From contig CATNEN010000003.1 of NCBI GenBank assembly GCA_950097015.1, positions 11,780,001 through 11,844,000 of the forward strand: a stretch of DNA of 64,000 nt, read 5' to 3'. A program made the position numbers and the translations under genes. This DNA is from Macrostomum hystrix (Eukaryota > Animalia > Platyhelminthes). This document shows, in pieces, positions 1 to 14,700 of this stretch. The notes beneath the pieces were generated by a model that saw nothing but the letters and a program-made list of their open reading frames with translations, was not told the DNA's origin and ran no database searches. The stretch's first letter is position 1; each line of letters starts with the position of its first letter.

Positions 1-1667
1 GTGTCTCATCCCAGTGTCTAATCCCAGTGTCTAATCCTAGTGTCTAATCCCAGTGTCTAATTCTTGTTACTAAGCTCAGTGTCTCATCCCAGTGTCTAAT
101 CCTAGTGTCTAATCCGAGTGTCTAATCCCAGTGTCTAATCCCAGTGTCTAATCCCACTGTCTAATCCCAGTGTCTAATCCTAGTGTCTAATCCTAGTGTA
201 TAATCCCAATGTCTAATCCCAGTGTCTAATCCTAGTGTATAATCCCAATGTCAAATCCCAGTGTCTAATCCCAATGTCTAATCCCAATTTCTAATCCCAA
301 TGTCCAATCCCAGTGTCTAATCCCAATGTCTAATCCCAATGTCTAATCCCAGTGTCTAATCCCAATGTCTAATCCCAATGTCTAATCCCAGTGTCTAATC
401 CTAGTGTCTAATCCCAGTGTCTAATCCTTGTTACTAATCCAATTGTCCAATCCTAGTGTCTAATCCGAGTGTCTAATCCCAGTGTCTAATCCCAGTGTCT
501 AATCCCATTGTCTAATCCCAGTGTCTAATCCCAGTTTCTAATCCTAGTGTCTAATCCCAGTGTCTAATCCCAGTGTCTAATCCCAGTGTCTAATCCTAGT
601 GTCAAATCCTAGTGTCAAATCCTAGTGTCTAATCCCAATGTCTAATCTCAGTGTCTAATCCCAGTGTCTAATCCCAGTGTCTAATCCCAGTGTCTAATCC
701 CAGTGTCTAATCCCAGTGTCTAATCCCAGTGTCTAATCCTAGTGTCAAATCCTAGTGTCAAATCCTAGTGATTAATCCCAGTGTCTAATCCCAGTGTCTA
801 ATCCCAGTGTCTAATCCCAGTGTCTAATCCTAGTGTCAAATCCTAGTGTCTAATCCCAATGTCTAATCTCAGTGTCTAATCGCAGTGTCTAATCCCAGTG
901 TCTAATCCCAGTGTCTAATCCCAGTGTCTAATCCCAGTGTCTAATCCCAGTGTCTAATCCTAGTGTCAAATCCTAGTGATTAATCCCAGTGTCTAATCCC
1001 AGTGTCTAATCCCAGTGTCTAATCCTAGTGTCAAATCCTAGTGTCTAATCCCAGTGTCTAATCCCAGTGTCTAATCCCAGTGTCTAATCCTAGTGATTAA
1101 TCCCAGTGTCTAATCCCAGTGTCTAATCCCAGTGTCTAATCCCTGTGTCAAATCCTAGTGTCCAATCCTTGTTACTAATCCCAATGTCTAATCCCAATGT
1201 CTAATCCCAATGTCTAATCCCCGTGTCAAATCCTAGTGTCTAATCCTTGTTACTAATCCCAGTGTCAAATCCTAGTGTCTAATCCTTGTTACTAATCCCA
1301 GTTCCAAATCCTAGTGTCTAGTCCTTGTTACTAATCCCAGTGTCAAATCCTAGTGTCTAATCCTTGTTACTAATCCCAGTGTCAAATCCTAGTGTCAAAT
1401 CCTTGTTACTAATCCCAGTGTCAAATCCTAGTGTCTAATCCTTGTTACTAATCCCAGTGTCTAATCCTAGTGTCAAATCCTTGTTACTAATCCCAGTGTC
1501 AAATCCTAGTGTCTAATCCTTGTTACTAATCCCAGTGTCTAATCCTTGTTACTAATCCCAGTGTCAAATCCTAGTGTCTAATCCTTGTTACTAATCCCAG
1601 TGTCAAATCCTGGTGCTAGGTGCTGAGTTTTGTGTCAGGAATCTAGATAATATCTTATGAGTTTTAT

Positions 1668-1821
1668 GGGTGGCTTTCACAAGAACGAAATTTCACAAGA
1701 CCGAAACTTCACAAGACCGAAACTTCACAAGACAGAAATTTTACAACGCCGAAAAATAAAAGTGCAGCACACGGTGCAAGAATTTTCGGCGTTGTGAAAT
1801 TTCGGTCTTGTGAAGTCACCC
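1668..1821. mobile_element. Small MITE-like inverted-repeat element (second copy at 6290-6427)
   Basis: Left end GGGTGGCTTTCACAAGAACGAAATTTCACAA; right end TTGTGAAATTTCGGTCTTGTGAAG(T/C)CACCC. Internal ~16-bp subterminal repeats. No clean TSD. Confidence 0.65.
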
Positions 1822-1920
1822 GATGCTCTGAGCCCGAGTCTATAACTTAAGGCCATAGATTACTCGACAAATTAATATTTAAAAAATCAATATTTAAAGT
1901 GACCACCCAAGCCGGAAGTC

Positions 1921-1990
1921 ATGGAGCTTGAAAATCGCGATTTTCGCGCAATTATTTACTATAACTCCAAGTGCAACCTGACACCACGAC
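1921..1990 (+). pseudogene. Mariner transposase N-terminal (HTH) remnant; duplicated at 6527-6596
   Basis: MELENRDFRAIIYYN(F/S)KCNLT resembles the mariner N-terminus MEL.REHFRA(M/I)I(F/Y)YxF. The rest of the ORF is not transposase-like. Confidence 0.55.
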
Positions 1991-4900
1991 TGTCAGAACA
2001 CCGCTCAAATGCTCCTACTATGAGTAGGGTACATGCGGAATCCGACGAATGGGAATGTGTTTGCATCGTGGAAGATGCACTTCTAGTACCCTTTTCCGAG
2101 TTGTGCTATGAACGCATATCTTTATAGTCCTAATCCCATTGGGATCTAATGTGATATTGTTATCCCATCGGGATGTGAGGTGACCTTGGGTTAAGTACGG
2201 GATGATTGAGCTTAAGCTCTCAGGCGAAAGTTCTCCAAACTTGAAAATATTTGCACTTCATTTTCTGATCCGAACTTTTGCTATGTTCGCTGAAAATTTG
2301 ATTAAAAAGCCAAAATTTACCTGCGAGTAATATGACCGAAAGCGAAATCTTGCGGTATATTTTCAAGCTTTCGACATGCATTTAGACCCGTATAACTATT
2401 TTATGGGTTATAATTTCCAAGTACAATACACTTAAAATATCCGAGTTGCATGCGATACTGTCTAGTGTACATCCCTGGTAGTACGAGTGGTTAAGGGAAG
2501 CAGAGATTATAATATTCTCTCTGTTTCAATATTTAGTTTGGTTCGGGTATCAACGCACTGGTTTATAGGATTTGTTATACGAGTACTAACTATAGCTGCA
2601 TTATTACATGCAAAACCAGTGTTTTATAGTTGTAATTGCACTTATATGAGTACATTTGAGTTAGTGATTGCTACATGCTGCACTTGCTAAATCACTTGGA
2701 GTTAATCCTTGCTTAATGCAAGCTGTGCATAAAGTAATGGCTATATCTAATCCCAAGTCTAATCCGAACATATAATCGCAGTGTCTAATCCCAGTGTCTA
2801 ATCTCTGTGTCTAATCCCAGTGTCTAATCCCAGTGTCTAATCCCAGTGTCTAATCTCAGTGTCTAATCCCAGTGTCTGCTCCCGATGTCTAATCCCAGTG
2901 TCTAATCCTAGTGTCGAATCTCAGTGTCTAATCTCAGTGTCTAATCCTACTGTCTAATCCCAGTGTCTAATCCCAGTGTCTAATCCTAGTGTCTAATCCC
3001 AGTGTCTAATCCTTGTTACTAATCTAATTGTCTAATCCCAGTGTCTAATCTCAGTGTCTAATCCTTGTTACTAATCTAATTGTCTAATCGCAGTGTCTAA
3101 TCCCAGTGTCTAATCCTTGTGTCTAATCCCAGTGTCTAATCCCAGTGTCTAAACCTAGTGTCAAATCCTAGTGTCTGCTCCCGATGTCTAATCCCAGTGT
3201 CTAATCCTAGTGTCGAATCTCAGTGTCTAATCTCAGTGTCTAATCCTACTGTCTAATCCCAGTGTCTAATCCCAGTGTCTAATCCTAGTGTCTAATCCCA
3301 GTGTCTAATCCTTGTTACTAATCTAATTGTCTAATCCCAGTGTCTAATCTCAGTGTCTAATCCTTGTTACTAATCTAATTGTCTAATCGCAGTGTCTAAT
3401 CCCAGTGTCTAATCCTTGTTACTAATCCAATTGTCTAATCGCAGTGTCTAATCTCAGTGCCTAATCGTAGTGTCTAATCCTAGTGTCTAATCCCAGTGTC
3501 TGATCCCAGTGTCTAATCCTAGTGTCTAATCCCAGTGTCTAATCCCAGTGTCTCATCCCAGTGTCTAATCCCAGTGTCTCATCCCAGTGTCTAATCCCAG
3601 TGTCTCATCCCAGTGTCTCATCCTAGTGTCTAATCCTAGTGTCTCATCCCAGTGTCTAATCCTAGTGTCTAATCCCAGTGTCTAATCCTTGTTACTAAGC
3701 TCAGTGTCTCATCCCAGTGTCTAATCCTAGTATCTAATCCCAGTGTCTAATCCTAGTGTATAATCCCAGTGTCTAATCCTAGTGTATAATCCCAGTGTCT
3801 AATCCTAGTGTATAATCCCAGTGTCTAATTCTAGTTACCAAGCTCAGTGTCTCATCCCAGTGTCTAATCCTAGTGTCTAATCCGAGTGTCTAATCCCAGT
3901 GTCTAATCCCAGTGTCTAATCCCAGTGTCTAATCCCAGTGTCTAATCCTAGTGTCTAATCCTAGTGTATAATCCCAGTGTCTAATCCTAGTGTATAATCC
4001 CAATGTCTAATCCCAGTGTCTAATCCCAATGTCTAATCCCAATGTCTAATCCCAATGTCTAATCTCAGTGTCTAATCCCAATGTCTAATCCCAATGTCTA
4101 ATCCCAGTGTCTAATCCTAGTGTCTAATCCCAGTGTCTAATCCTTGTTACTAATCCAATTGTCTAATCCTAGTGTCTAATCCGAGTGTCTAATCCCAGTG
4201 TCTAATCCCAGTGTCTAATCCCAGTGTCTAATCCCAGTGTCTAATCCCAGTTTCTAATCCTAGTGTCTAATCCCAGTGTCTAATCCCAGTGTCTAATCCC
4301 AGTGTCTAAACCTAGTGTCAAATCCTAGTGTCAAATCCTAGTGTCTAATCCCAATGTCTAATCTCAGTGTCTAATCCCAGTGTCTAATCCCAGTCTCTAA
4401 TCCCAGTGTCTAATCCCAGTGTCTAATCCTAGTGTCAAATCCTAGTGTCTAATCCCAATGTCTAATCTCAGTGTCTAATCCCAGTGTCTAATCCCAGTCT
4501 CTAATCCCAGTGTCTAATCCCAGTGTCTAATCCTAGTGTCAAATCCCAGTGTCTAATCCCAATGTCTAATCTCAGTGTCTAATCGCAGTGTCTAATCCCA
4601 GTGTCTAATCCCAGTGTCTAATCCCAGTGTCTAATCCCAGTGTCTAATCCCAGTGTCTAATCCTAGTGTCAAATCCTAGTGTCAAATCCTAGTGATTAAT
4701 CCCAGTGTCTAATCCCAGTGTCTAATCCCAGTGTCTAATCCTAGTGTCAAATCCTAGTGTCTAATCCCAGTGTCTAATCCCAGTGTCTAATCCCAGTGTC
4801 TAATCCTAGTGATTAATCCCAGTGTCTAATCCCAGTGTCTAATCCCAGTGTCTAATCCTAGTGTCAAATCGCAGTGTCAAATCCTAGTGTCAAATCCTAG

Positions 4901-6232
4901 TGTTTAATCCTTGCTATTAATCCCAGTGTCTAATCCCAGTGTCAAATCCTAGTGTATAATCCTAGGGTCTAATCCCAGTGTCAAATCCTAGTGTCCAATC
5001 CTTGTTACTAATCCCAGTGTCAAATCCTAGTGTCAAATCCTTGTTACTAATCCCAATGTCTAATCCTAGTATTAAATCCTAGTGTCTAATCCCAATGTCT
5101 AATCTCAGTGTCTAATCCCAGTGTCTAATCCTAGTGTCTAATCCCAGTGTCTAATCCCAGTGTCTAATCCCAGTGTCTAATCCTAGTGATTAATCCCAGT
5201 GTCTAATCCCAGTGTCTAATCCCAGTGTCTAATCCTAGTGTCCAATCCTTGTTACTAATCCCAGTGTCAAATCCTAGTGTCAAATCCTTGTTACTAATCC
5301 CAATGTCTTATCCTAGTTTCAAATCCTAGCTTCTAATCCCAGTGTCTAATCCTAGTGATTAATCCCAGTGTCTAATCCCAGTGTCTAATCCCAGTGTCTA
5401 ATCCTAGTGTCAAATCCCAGTGTCAAATCCTAGTGTCAAATCCTAGTGTTTAATCCTTGCTATTAATCCCAGTGTCTAATCCCAGTGTCAAATCCTAGTG
5501 TTTAATCCTAGGGTCTAATCCCAGTGTCAAATCCTAGTGTCCAATCCTTGTTACTAATCCCAATGTCTAATCCCAATGTCTAATCCCAATGTCTAATCCC
5601 AATGTCTAATCCCAGTGTCAAATCCTAGTGTCTAATCCTTGTTACTAATCCCAGTGTCAAATCCTAGTGTCTAGTCCTTGTTAAATCCCCGTGTCAAATC
5701 CTAGTGTCTAATCCTTGTTACTAATCCCAGTGTCAAATCCTAGTGTCTAATCCTTGTTACTAATCCCAGTTCCAAATCCTAGTGTCTAGTCCTTGTTACT
5801 AATCCCAGTGTCAAATCCTAGTGTCTAGTCCTTGTTAAATCCCCGTGTCAAATCCTAGTGTCTAATCCTTGTTACTAATCCCAGTGTCAAATCCTAGTGT
5901 CTAATCCTTGTTACTAATCCCAGTTCCAAATCCTAGTGTCTAGTCCTTGTTACTAATCCCAGTTCCAAATCCTAGTGTCTAGTCCTTGTTACTAATCCCA
6001 GTGTCAAATCCTAGTGTCTAATCCTTGTTACTAATCCCAGTGTCAAATCCTAGTGTCAAATCCTTGTTACTAATCACAGTGTCAAATCCTAGTGTCAAAT
6101 CCTTGTTACTAATCCCAGTGTCAAATCCTAGTGTCTAATCCTTGTTACTAATCCCAGTGTCTAATCCTTGTTACTAATCCCAGTGTCAAATCCTAGTGTC
6201 TAATCCTTGTTACTAATCCCAGTGTCAAATCC

Positions 6233-7380
6233 TGGTGCTAGGTGCTGAGTTTTGTGTCAGGAATCTAGATAATATCTTATGAGTTTTATGGGTGGCTTTC
6301 ACAAGAACGAAATTTCACAAGACCGAAACTTCACAAGACAGAAATTTTACAACGCCGAAAAATAAAAGTGCAGCACACGGTGCAAGAATTTTCGGCGTTG
6401 TGAAATTTCGGTCTTGTGAAGCCACCCGATGCTCTGAGCCCGAGTCTATAACTTAAGGCCATAGATTACTCGACAAATTAATATTTAAAAAATCAATATT
6501 TAAAGTGACCACCCAAGCCGGAAGTCATGGAGCTTGAAAATCGCGATTTTCGCGCAATTATTTACTATAACTTCAAGTGCAACCTGACACCACGACTGTC
6601 AGAACACCGCTCAAATGCTCCTACTATGAGTAGGGTACATGCGGAATCCGACGAATGGGAATGTGTTTGCATCGTGGAAGAAGCACTTCTAGTACCCTTT
6701 TCCGAGTTGTGCTATGAACGCATCTCTTTATAGTCCTAATCCCATCGGGATCTAATGTGATACTGTTATCCCATCGGGATGTGAGGTGACCTTGGGTTAA
6801 GTACGGGATAATTGAGCTTAAGCTCTCAGGCGAAAGTTCTCCAAACTTGAAAATATTTGCACTTCATTTTCTGATCCGAACTTTTGCTATGTTTGCTGAA
6901 AATTTGATTAAAAAGCCAAAATTTACCTGCGAGTAATATGACCGAAAGCGAAATCTTGCGGTATATTTTCAAGCTTTCGACATGCATTTAGACCCGTATA
7001 ACTATTTTATGGATTATAATTTCCAAGTACAATACACTTAAAATATCCGAGTTGCATGCGATACTGTCTAGTGTACATCCCTGGTAGTACGAGTGGTTAA
7101 GGGAAGCAGAGATTATAATATTCTCTCTGTTTCAATATTTAGTTTGGTTCGGGTATCAACGCACTGGTTTATAGGATTTGTTATACGAGTACTAACTATA
7201 ACTGCATTATAACATGCAAAATCATGTTTTATAGTTGTAATTGCACTTATATGAGTACATTTGAGTTAGTGATTGCTACATGCTGCACTTGCTAAATCAC
7301 TTGGAGTTAATCCTTGCTTAATGCAAGCTGTGCATAAAGTAATGGCTATATCTAATCCCAAGTCTAATCCGAACATATAA
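6233..7380 (+). repeat. Unique ~1.15 kb block, copy 2 of the tandem segmental duplication
   Basis: Same sequence as 1611-2770. The flanking satellite variant order is also repeated. Confidence 0.95.
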
Positions 7381-8723
7381 TCGCAGTGTCTAATCCCAGT
7401 GTCTAATCTCTGTGTCTAATCCTAGTGTCTGCTCCCGATGTCTAATCCCAGTGTCTAATCCTAGTGTCGAATCTCAGTGTCTAATCTCAGTGTCTAATCC
7501 TACTGTCTAATCCCAGTGTCTAATCCCAGTGTCTAATCCTAGTGTCTAATCCCAGTGTCTAATCCTTGTTACTAATCTAATTGTCTAATCCCAGTGTCTA
7601 ATCTCAGTGTCTAATCCTTGTTACTAATCTAATTGTCTAATCGCAGTGTCTAATCCCAGTGTCTAATCCTTGTTACTAATCCAATTGTCTAATCGCAGTG
7701 TCTAATCTCAGTGCCTAATCGTAGTGTCTAATCCTAGTGTCTAATCCCAGTGTCTGATCCCAGTGTCTAATCCTAGTGTCTAATCCCAGTGTCTGATCCC
7801 AGTGTCTAATCCTAGTGTCTAATCCCAGTGTCTGATCCCAGTGTCTAATCCTAGTGTCTAATCTTAGTGTCTAATCCTAGTGTCTAATCCCACTTTCTAA
7901 TCCCAGTGTCTAATCCCACTGTCTCATCCCACTGTCTCATCCCACTTTCTAATCCCAGTGTCCAATCCTAGTGTCTAGTTCTAATGTCTAATCCTTGTTA
8001 CTAATCCAGTTGTCTAATCCCAGTGTCTAATCCTTGTTATTAATCCAATTGTCTAATCCCAGTGTCTAATCCCAATGTCTAATCCTAGTGTCTAATCCAA
8101 GTGTCTAATCCAAGTGTCTAATCCTTGTTACTAATCCAGTTGTCTAATCCCAGTGTCTAATCCCAATGTCTAATCCTTGTTACTAATCCAATTGTCTAAT
8201 CCTAGTGTCTAATCCCAATGTCTAATCCTAGTGTCTAATCCAAGTGTCTAATCCAAGTGTCTAATCCTTGTTACTAATCCAATTGTCTAATCCCAGTGTC
8301 TAATCCCAATGTCTAATCCTTGTTACTAATCCAATTGTCTAATCCCAGTGTCTAATCCCAATGTCTAATCCTTGTTACTAATCCAATTGTCTAATCCCAG
8401 TGTCTAATCCCAATGTCTAATCCTTGTTACTAATCCCAGTAATGGGCGAACTCTAACACGCCAGTCGTAGTTGTTAGTCATCTGCCATCCCATTATCCCT
8501 TATTCGTATAGACATCGTCTCTGATTGGCTGCATATTGGCTTATACGAGTATATAAATTTTCTGCATCCCAGTCTACAATCACTATGAGTCGGTGTTCCA
8601 AGTTCAATTCCATTCATTTTGACTTGCAGACCCGAAAGTATTAAAATATCTTAATTGAATAATAAATTTATAGCTGGTTAATGAGCAGACATCTTAACAG
8701 ATGTTCCTCTGCAACCTTTTCAG

Positions 8724-11700
8724 CTCTGTTCATCGTCGGAAAGTGCAAGCGAATGAAGCTCAGAGATTAAACAGAGTCAGCCAAGATCCTATACCCACCA
8801 ATGAGCTAATCAGGGAATACCAGAAAAGACGAAAGAATAAAGGACTGCACTATGAATTTAAGGTGAGCAACGATTTGTCTTGGGGGAGTATTTGATTTTC
8901 TTTAGGGATAAATAGGGTTATGGGATCTGCAGTTCATTGAGTTATGGGATCAGAAGTTCATTGGATTATGGGATCAGAAGTTCATTAGATTATGGGATCA
9001 GAAGTTCATTGGATTATGGGATTAGAAGTTCATTGTATTATGGGATCAGAAGTTCATTGGATTATGGGATCAGAAGTTCATTGGATTATGGGATCAGAAG
9101 TTCATTGGATTATGGGATCAGAAGTTCATTGGATTATGGGATCAGAAGTTAATTGGATTATGGGATCAGAAGTTCATTGGATTATGGGATCAGAAGTTCA
9201 TTGGATTATGGGATCAGAAGTTCATTGGATTATGGGATCAGAAGTTCATTGGATTATGGGATCAGAAGTTAATTGGATTATGGGATCAGAAGTTCATTGG
9301 ATTATGGGATCAGAAGTTCATTGGATTATGGGATCAGAAGTTCATTGGATTATGGGATCAGAAGTTCATTGTATTATGGGATCAGAAGTTCATTGGATTA
9401 TGGGATCAGAAGTTCATTGGATTATGGGATCAGAAGTTCATTGGATTATGGGATCAGAAGTTCATTAGATTATGGGATCAGAAGTTCATTAGATTATGGG
9501 ATCAGAAGTTCATTGGATTATGTGATTAGAAGTTCATTGGATTATGGGATCAGAAGTTCAAACGCAGAAGTAGCCGTCAATAGTTCAGAATGTATTTGAG
9601 ATTGTTAAGCCAAGTTCGCCGCAAAAATTTTCAGTCCATCGAAGTGATTTCGGCAGGCGACAATCAATCTGTGAGTAAAATTAATTTAAGTTTTAATTAT
9701 CGCTTACCTTCATTGAAGCTACCACCAGTTACCTAAATATTTCTCTGGGCAGAAAAGTGCGTTGCCTTCAAATTAATCCCGGAATAATAAATTAGCCCCA
9801 CAATATTACGAGTATATTAGGATGTCAATTTTTCAGTTGGGGAATAAACCTTTCTGATAAGCTGTGTGGGAGGCACTTCTGCACGATGCACTGAGAAATT
9901 TGATACCAGTCAAATGCTGGACTTGCTGTGACGCCCTGCCGAATAATGGGAGAATTACATGAATCCGGGATTGGTATTGAAACGTAGAAATACTGAATAT
10001 TTATTAAAATGGTATGTGTCTCTATAGGAAAGTGATAGATACGAGATCAGTGCCTAATCCTAGTGTCAAATCCTAGTGTCTAATCCCAGTGTCTAATCCC
10101 AGTGTCTAATCCCAGTGTCTAATCCCAGTGTCTAATCCCAGTGTCTAATCCCAGTGTCTAATCCCAGTGTCTAATCGCAGTGTCTAATCCCAGTGTCTAA
10201 TCTCAGTACCTAATCCCACTGTCTAATCCCACTGTCTAATCCCAGTGTCTAATCCCAGTGTCTATTCTCAGTACCTAATCCCACTGTCTAATCCCACTGT
10301 CTAATCCCACTGTCTAATCCCACTGTCTAATCCCACTGTCTAATCCCACATTCTAAATCCAGTGTCCAATCCTATTGTCTAATTCCAATGTCTAATCCTT
10401 GTTACTAATCCTATTGTCTAATTCCAGTGTCTAATCCTTGTTACTAATCCTAGTGTCTAATCCCAGTGTCTAATCTCAGTGCCTAATCGTAGTGTCTAAT
10501 CCTAAATCTAAATCTAATGTCTAATCGTATATTTAAAAAAACATCAACCTACAATGATGGACTTCGCTTTAATCTATATGTCTTTTTAGTTGCTTCAACG
10601 CTAGTTAAACAAAAAAGTTGAAAAATGTTCGGCAGAAAGCTTTCCCACATTATCGGGCAGGCAATTTCTCCGCTTCGAGCCGATAATCCGAGTCCCCAGT
10701 TTCCGATTATCCTCAAGCTGTCTTCCGGACGACTTCCAAATTGTTCAGCAATTATCTGACTTCTCGTTCCGGGCGAAATCAAACAGTAAAACTGCTGTCT
10801 CCAAATAAATAGATGACATTTGTATGCAAAATAATTCACAGACACTGTCCTAGACGGCTTGATGTGGAAATCCTCAATTCTGATTGGGGGATGAAACAGG
10901 AATTAGCAATTGATCTCAAAAAGTAATTGGGAGACACTGAATTGCATGCGGATATAGCTATTCGCTTCAGAAACTAATGTTAGTTTACAGCCTGTTAGAC
11001 AGTAGCTAACAATAGCCTGTTAGACAGTAGCTAACAATAGTCTGTTAGACAGCAGCTAACAATAGCCTGTTAGACAGTAGCTAACAGCCTGTTAGACAGT
11101 AGCTAACAATAGCCTGTTAGACAGTAGCTAACAATAGCCTGTTAGACAGCAGCTAACAATAGCCTGTTAGACAGTAGCTAACAATAGCCTGTTAGACAGT
11201 AGCTAACAATAGCCTGTTAGACAGCAGCTAACAATAGCCTGTTAGACAGCAGCTAACAATAGCCTGTTAGACAGTAGCTAACAATAGCCTGTTAGACATT
11301 AGCTAACAATAGCCTGTTAGACAGTAGCTAACAATTGCCTGTTAGACAGCAGCTAACAATAGCCTGTTAGACAGTAGCTAACAATAGCCTGTTAGACAGT
11401 AGCTAACAATAGCCTGTTAGACAGCAGCTAACAATAGCCTGTTAGACAGCAGCTAACAATAGCCTGTTAGACAGTGGCTAACAATAGCCTGTTAGACAGT
11501 AGCTAACAATAGCCTGTTAGACAGCAGCTAACAATAGCCTGTTAGACAGTAGCTAACAATAGCCTGTTAGACAGCAGCTAACAATAGCCTGTTAGACAGC
11601 AGCTAACAGACAGTTTATCCCAATCCTTCAGGCCAGCATTCGCAGCATGGGACAGCATAAAGTGGCTGAGATTGCCAGACTCGAAGAGAATCGAGACAAG

Positions 11701-14700
11701 AACCTCAATGACCGGATTCTACCTTGTACGTAAGACTTCTGATTGGTGATATATAAAACCCTTTAGTCCTTGTCACATTTTTTTATTTGTGTTTTTATTT
11801 CAGACGAAAGAAATATAGTACTGCTAGACAACGGACACTACATAAATGCTAGTTGGGTTGATGTGAGAATCGGCATTTTCTTGATTGAAGCTTTTATTTT
11901 AATTTTTGAGTAATAGAGTAACATTACCTACAATATCAAGAATTTTCATTTAAGGGCTATAATCAGCCAAAGAAGTTCATTGCGGCCCAAGGCCCTTTGG
12001 CCACTACCAATCTGGATTTCTGGCACATGATCTGGCAATATAATTGTCATTGCATTGTCATGGCAACCAATCTGTTTGAGCACGCCAGAGTAAGAATTGG
12101 GATATTAAACTCTTAAAAAATTTGAATTTTTCACCTTTGACCTTGGATGCAGCAGCGGACTTAGCTATAAGAATTAAAAAATGCAAGAAAATATTCTGCA
12201 AAATTTCTTTCCTCAAACAGCAACAATGCGACAAATACTGGCACAATACTCACGCCCGCTTTGGCGACATCGACGTCTGGTTGGACAATATCTATTCAAC
12301 AGCAGAGTACGAGACTCGCGTTTTTAGGATTAGCAAAGTAGGTATAGCTTTTAGAATTAATATAAAAATTATATTTTATTATCGAAAGGACGTATTTCAG
12401 ATTTCATAAGAATTCTAAAAATAGAAAATGACGTCACAAAAATCTAAAAATAGACCGTGGCGAAATACTGTTGCCAGTAAAATCTAAAAATAGGAACTAA
12501 CCTCACAGCCAAAGCTAGGGCCATTTATAATAAAGCAGACTCGATCGACTAATCCTAGTTTCGCTGATTTATTTTCCAGTCCGATCAACCTCAGTCGACC
12601 AGATATGTGCGTCAGTTTCAGTTTAAAAACTGGGGCCAACACGATCCGCCGCTGCCATCGACTATGATTGAAATTCGTAGAAAAGTGCACGATTGGGTTG
12701 GCACAAAGACTGAACCAATTGTGGTGCACTGTAGGTGAGTTAAGTTTTTTCGCTCGAAGCAAATGGTAGTTAAATTGTAGCATTTTTGCTTGCTGGCGTG
12801 CAAGTTACGCCCTTGAGGGCCAAACTCCAAGGCATAGTGAGAGTGTACACTGCCTGACGATGAGAAAGTCAGGGCGGATGTACACACCTGTGTGAGAGTG
12901 TGTGTGTGCGTGTGTGCTCAGGAGTCAGCGAATTGGGCAGAATTGTCTCCTCGCTGGCTGTAGGTCCCCTGTACATTTTTTAGTAAAGTGGCAGAGGCGT
13001 CAAACGAGCAGAGCTCGATTCCGCGGCGAGGACAAATCTTTTTTATTTACTGAATTTACGCTCTTAAAGCGTAAATAATCTCCAAGAGGCATAGACGATG
13101 AGAAATTCAAGGCAGCTTGTGTTGCGTGTGGTGTGAATTTCACCAAATGATTGCGCCATCGCCCAAAAACCAACCAATCAGCGACGGAGCCGGTCGCACA
13201 GGCACGTACATCTGCATCGACGCCGAGCTAAGCCGAGTGGAAGCCAACAAGCCGGTGGATATTCTGCGCCAAACTCTGGCTCTGCGCAAAGCCCGCCCTG
13301 GTCTGGTTTGCAACCTGTGTCAGTACCGCCTGGTCTACGAGACTGTCTGCGCCTGCGTCACCTGTCGCCAGACCAGCGTCCGGGTCTTCCAGTTCGTTCG
13401 CCGAGTTCGCGGCCTGGCCCGTCGAGAGGCTGACAAGGGCGACAAAAAGTCGGCCGGGCGAAGCGGCTTCGAAGCGGAATTCGAGAGCCTGGCCGCCCTG
13501 GCCAGACCGTTGAGCGTCGGCGACTGCGCCGGAGGACACAGGGCTGAGAATCGTTGGAAAAGTCGCGACGTTATGGTGCAACCACGTGAGATGGCTTGGA
13601 TGGGGGATTTCATCTCTTATGGGGAATATTAATGAAAAAATCTTATTGATTGAGTCTGAACGTTGAAATTTCAAGAAAAATTCAGGAATCTGTGGAATTC
13701 TTTCTTAACAATTAGGATTCCCTTACTTGAAATTTATTAATAGCATTTTCTTTATTAAGAGAATCCGATAATACTTTAATAAACATTTAGAAATTTCTTT
13801 TATAGGAGAAATAAAAGATTCGCGATTTTCCTTGGCAGTGGAATCCGGGAATTTCTTTTAAGGGAATCGGGATTTCCCTTAGTACGGGAACCCAGGGAAT
13901 TCCTTAGACATATTTGGGATTTCCCTTAGTAGGGGAACCCTGGGAATTCCTCGAAAATATTTAGGATTCCCTTAATAGGGGCACCCAGGGAATTCCTTGA
14001 AGAGATTTGGGATTTCCCTTAGTAGGGGAACCCTGGGAATTCCTTGAAGAGATTTGGGATTTCCCTTAGTAGGGGAACCCTGGGAATTCCTTGAAGAGAT
14101 TTGGGATTTCCCTTAGTAGGGGAACCCTGGGAATTCCTTTAAAATATTCGGAACTTCCCTTGGTAGAAAAACCCAGGGAACTCCTGACAGAAATTTAGGA
14201 CTTCCCTTGATAGGAGAATCCAGAGAAGATTAGAAATTAGATTTAATTTTACAGAAGAATAAAAAAACAATAGCCCACAGAAATCTAAGTCAACTCACAA
14301 TAGTACTCAAATTGATTGATTGATAACACAATAACTGATTATTTAAATAGCGGAAAGAGCCAGGCCTTATCTACTAACACAGGACAGTGGCAGTGGCACA
14401 GACTTTGTCAATGCTGTTTACGTTGATGTAAGTAACAGATGCGCAACTTATCTCACGCTACAATTTTTATCACACTTATTTTCTTGTTCTTAAAATGATT
14501 CTAACAAATATCTTTGCAGGGCCATTGCCACGCGAATCAGTACATTGTGACACAGTGGCCGTTGAGAAACACTGTCGACGATTTCTGGAAACTGATCCGC
14601 GATCACCACGTTAGCGTCGTTGTCATCCTGTCCGATGTCAGCCGCAAGACTGGACGGGTGAGGATCTTAGCTTGTGGGATCTTGGTTTGTGGAGATCTTG

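Larger units (their letters stand above)
1611..2770 (+). repeat. Unique ~1.15 kb block, copy 1 of a tandem segmental duplication
   Basis: Near-identical to 6233-7380. The offset is 4622, then 4606 after a 16-bp indel, with a few substitutions (e.g. aactcc/aacttc, gaagat/gaagaa). Confidence 0.95.
1..8440. repeat. 13-bp minisatellite (GTGTCTAATCCCA and variants) in three blocks: 1-1610, ~2775-6232, ~7380-8440
   Basis: Directly visible tandem unit with variants (CCTAG, CCCAA, CCTTGTTACTAA). It is interrupted twice by the same unique block and probably lies in an upstream intron of the PTP gene. Confidence 0.97.

Noticed and set aside
1611-7380. LTR pair of a retroelement
   Set aside because: There are no TG..CA ends, PBS, PPT or internal coding sequence, and the duplication extends into the flanking satellite.
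13228-13674. Antisense ORFs over PTP, PLC and transposase exons (e.g. 13228-13674, 49340-49633, 61540-61857)
   Set aside because: They are shadows of GC-rich coding exons with no recognisable motifs.
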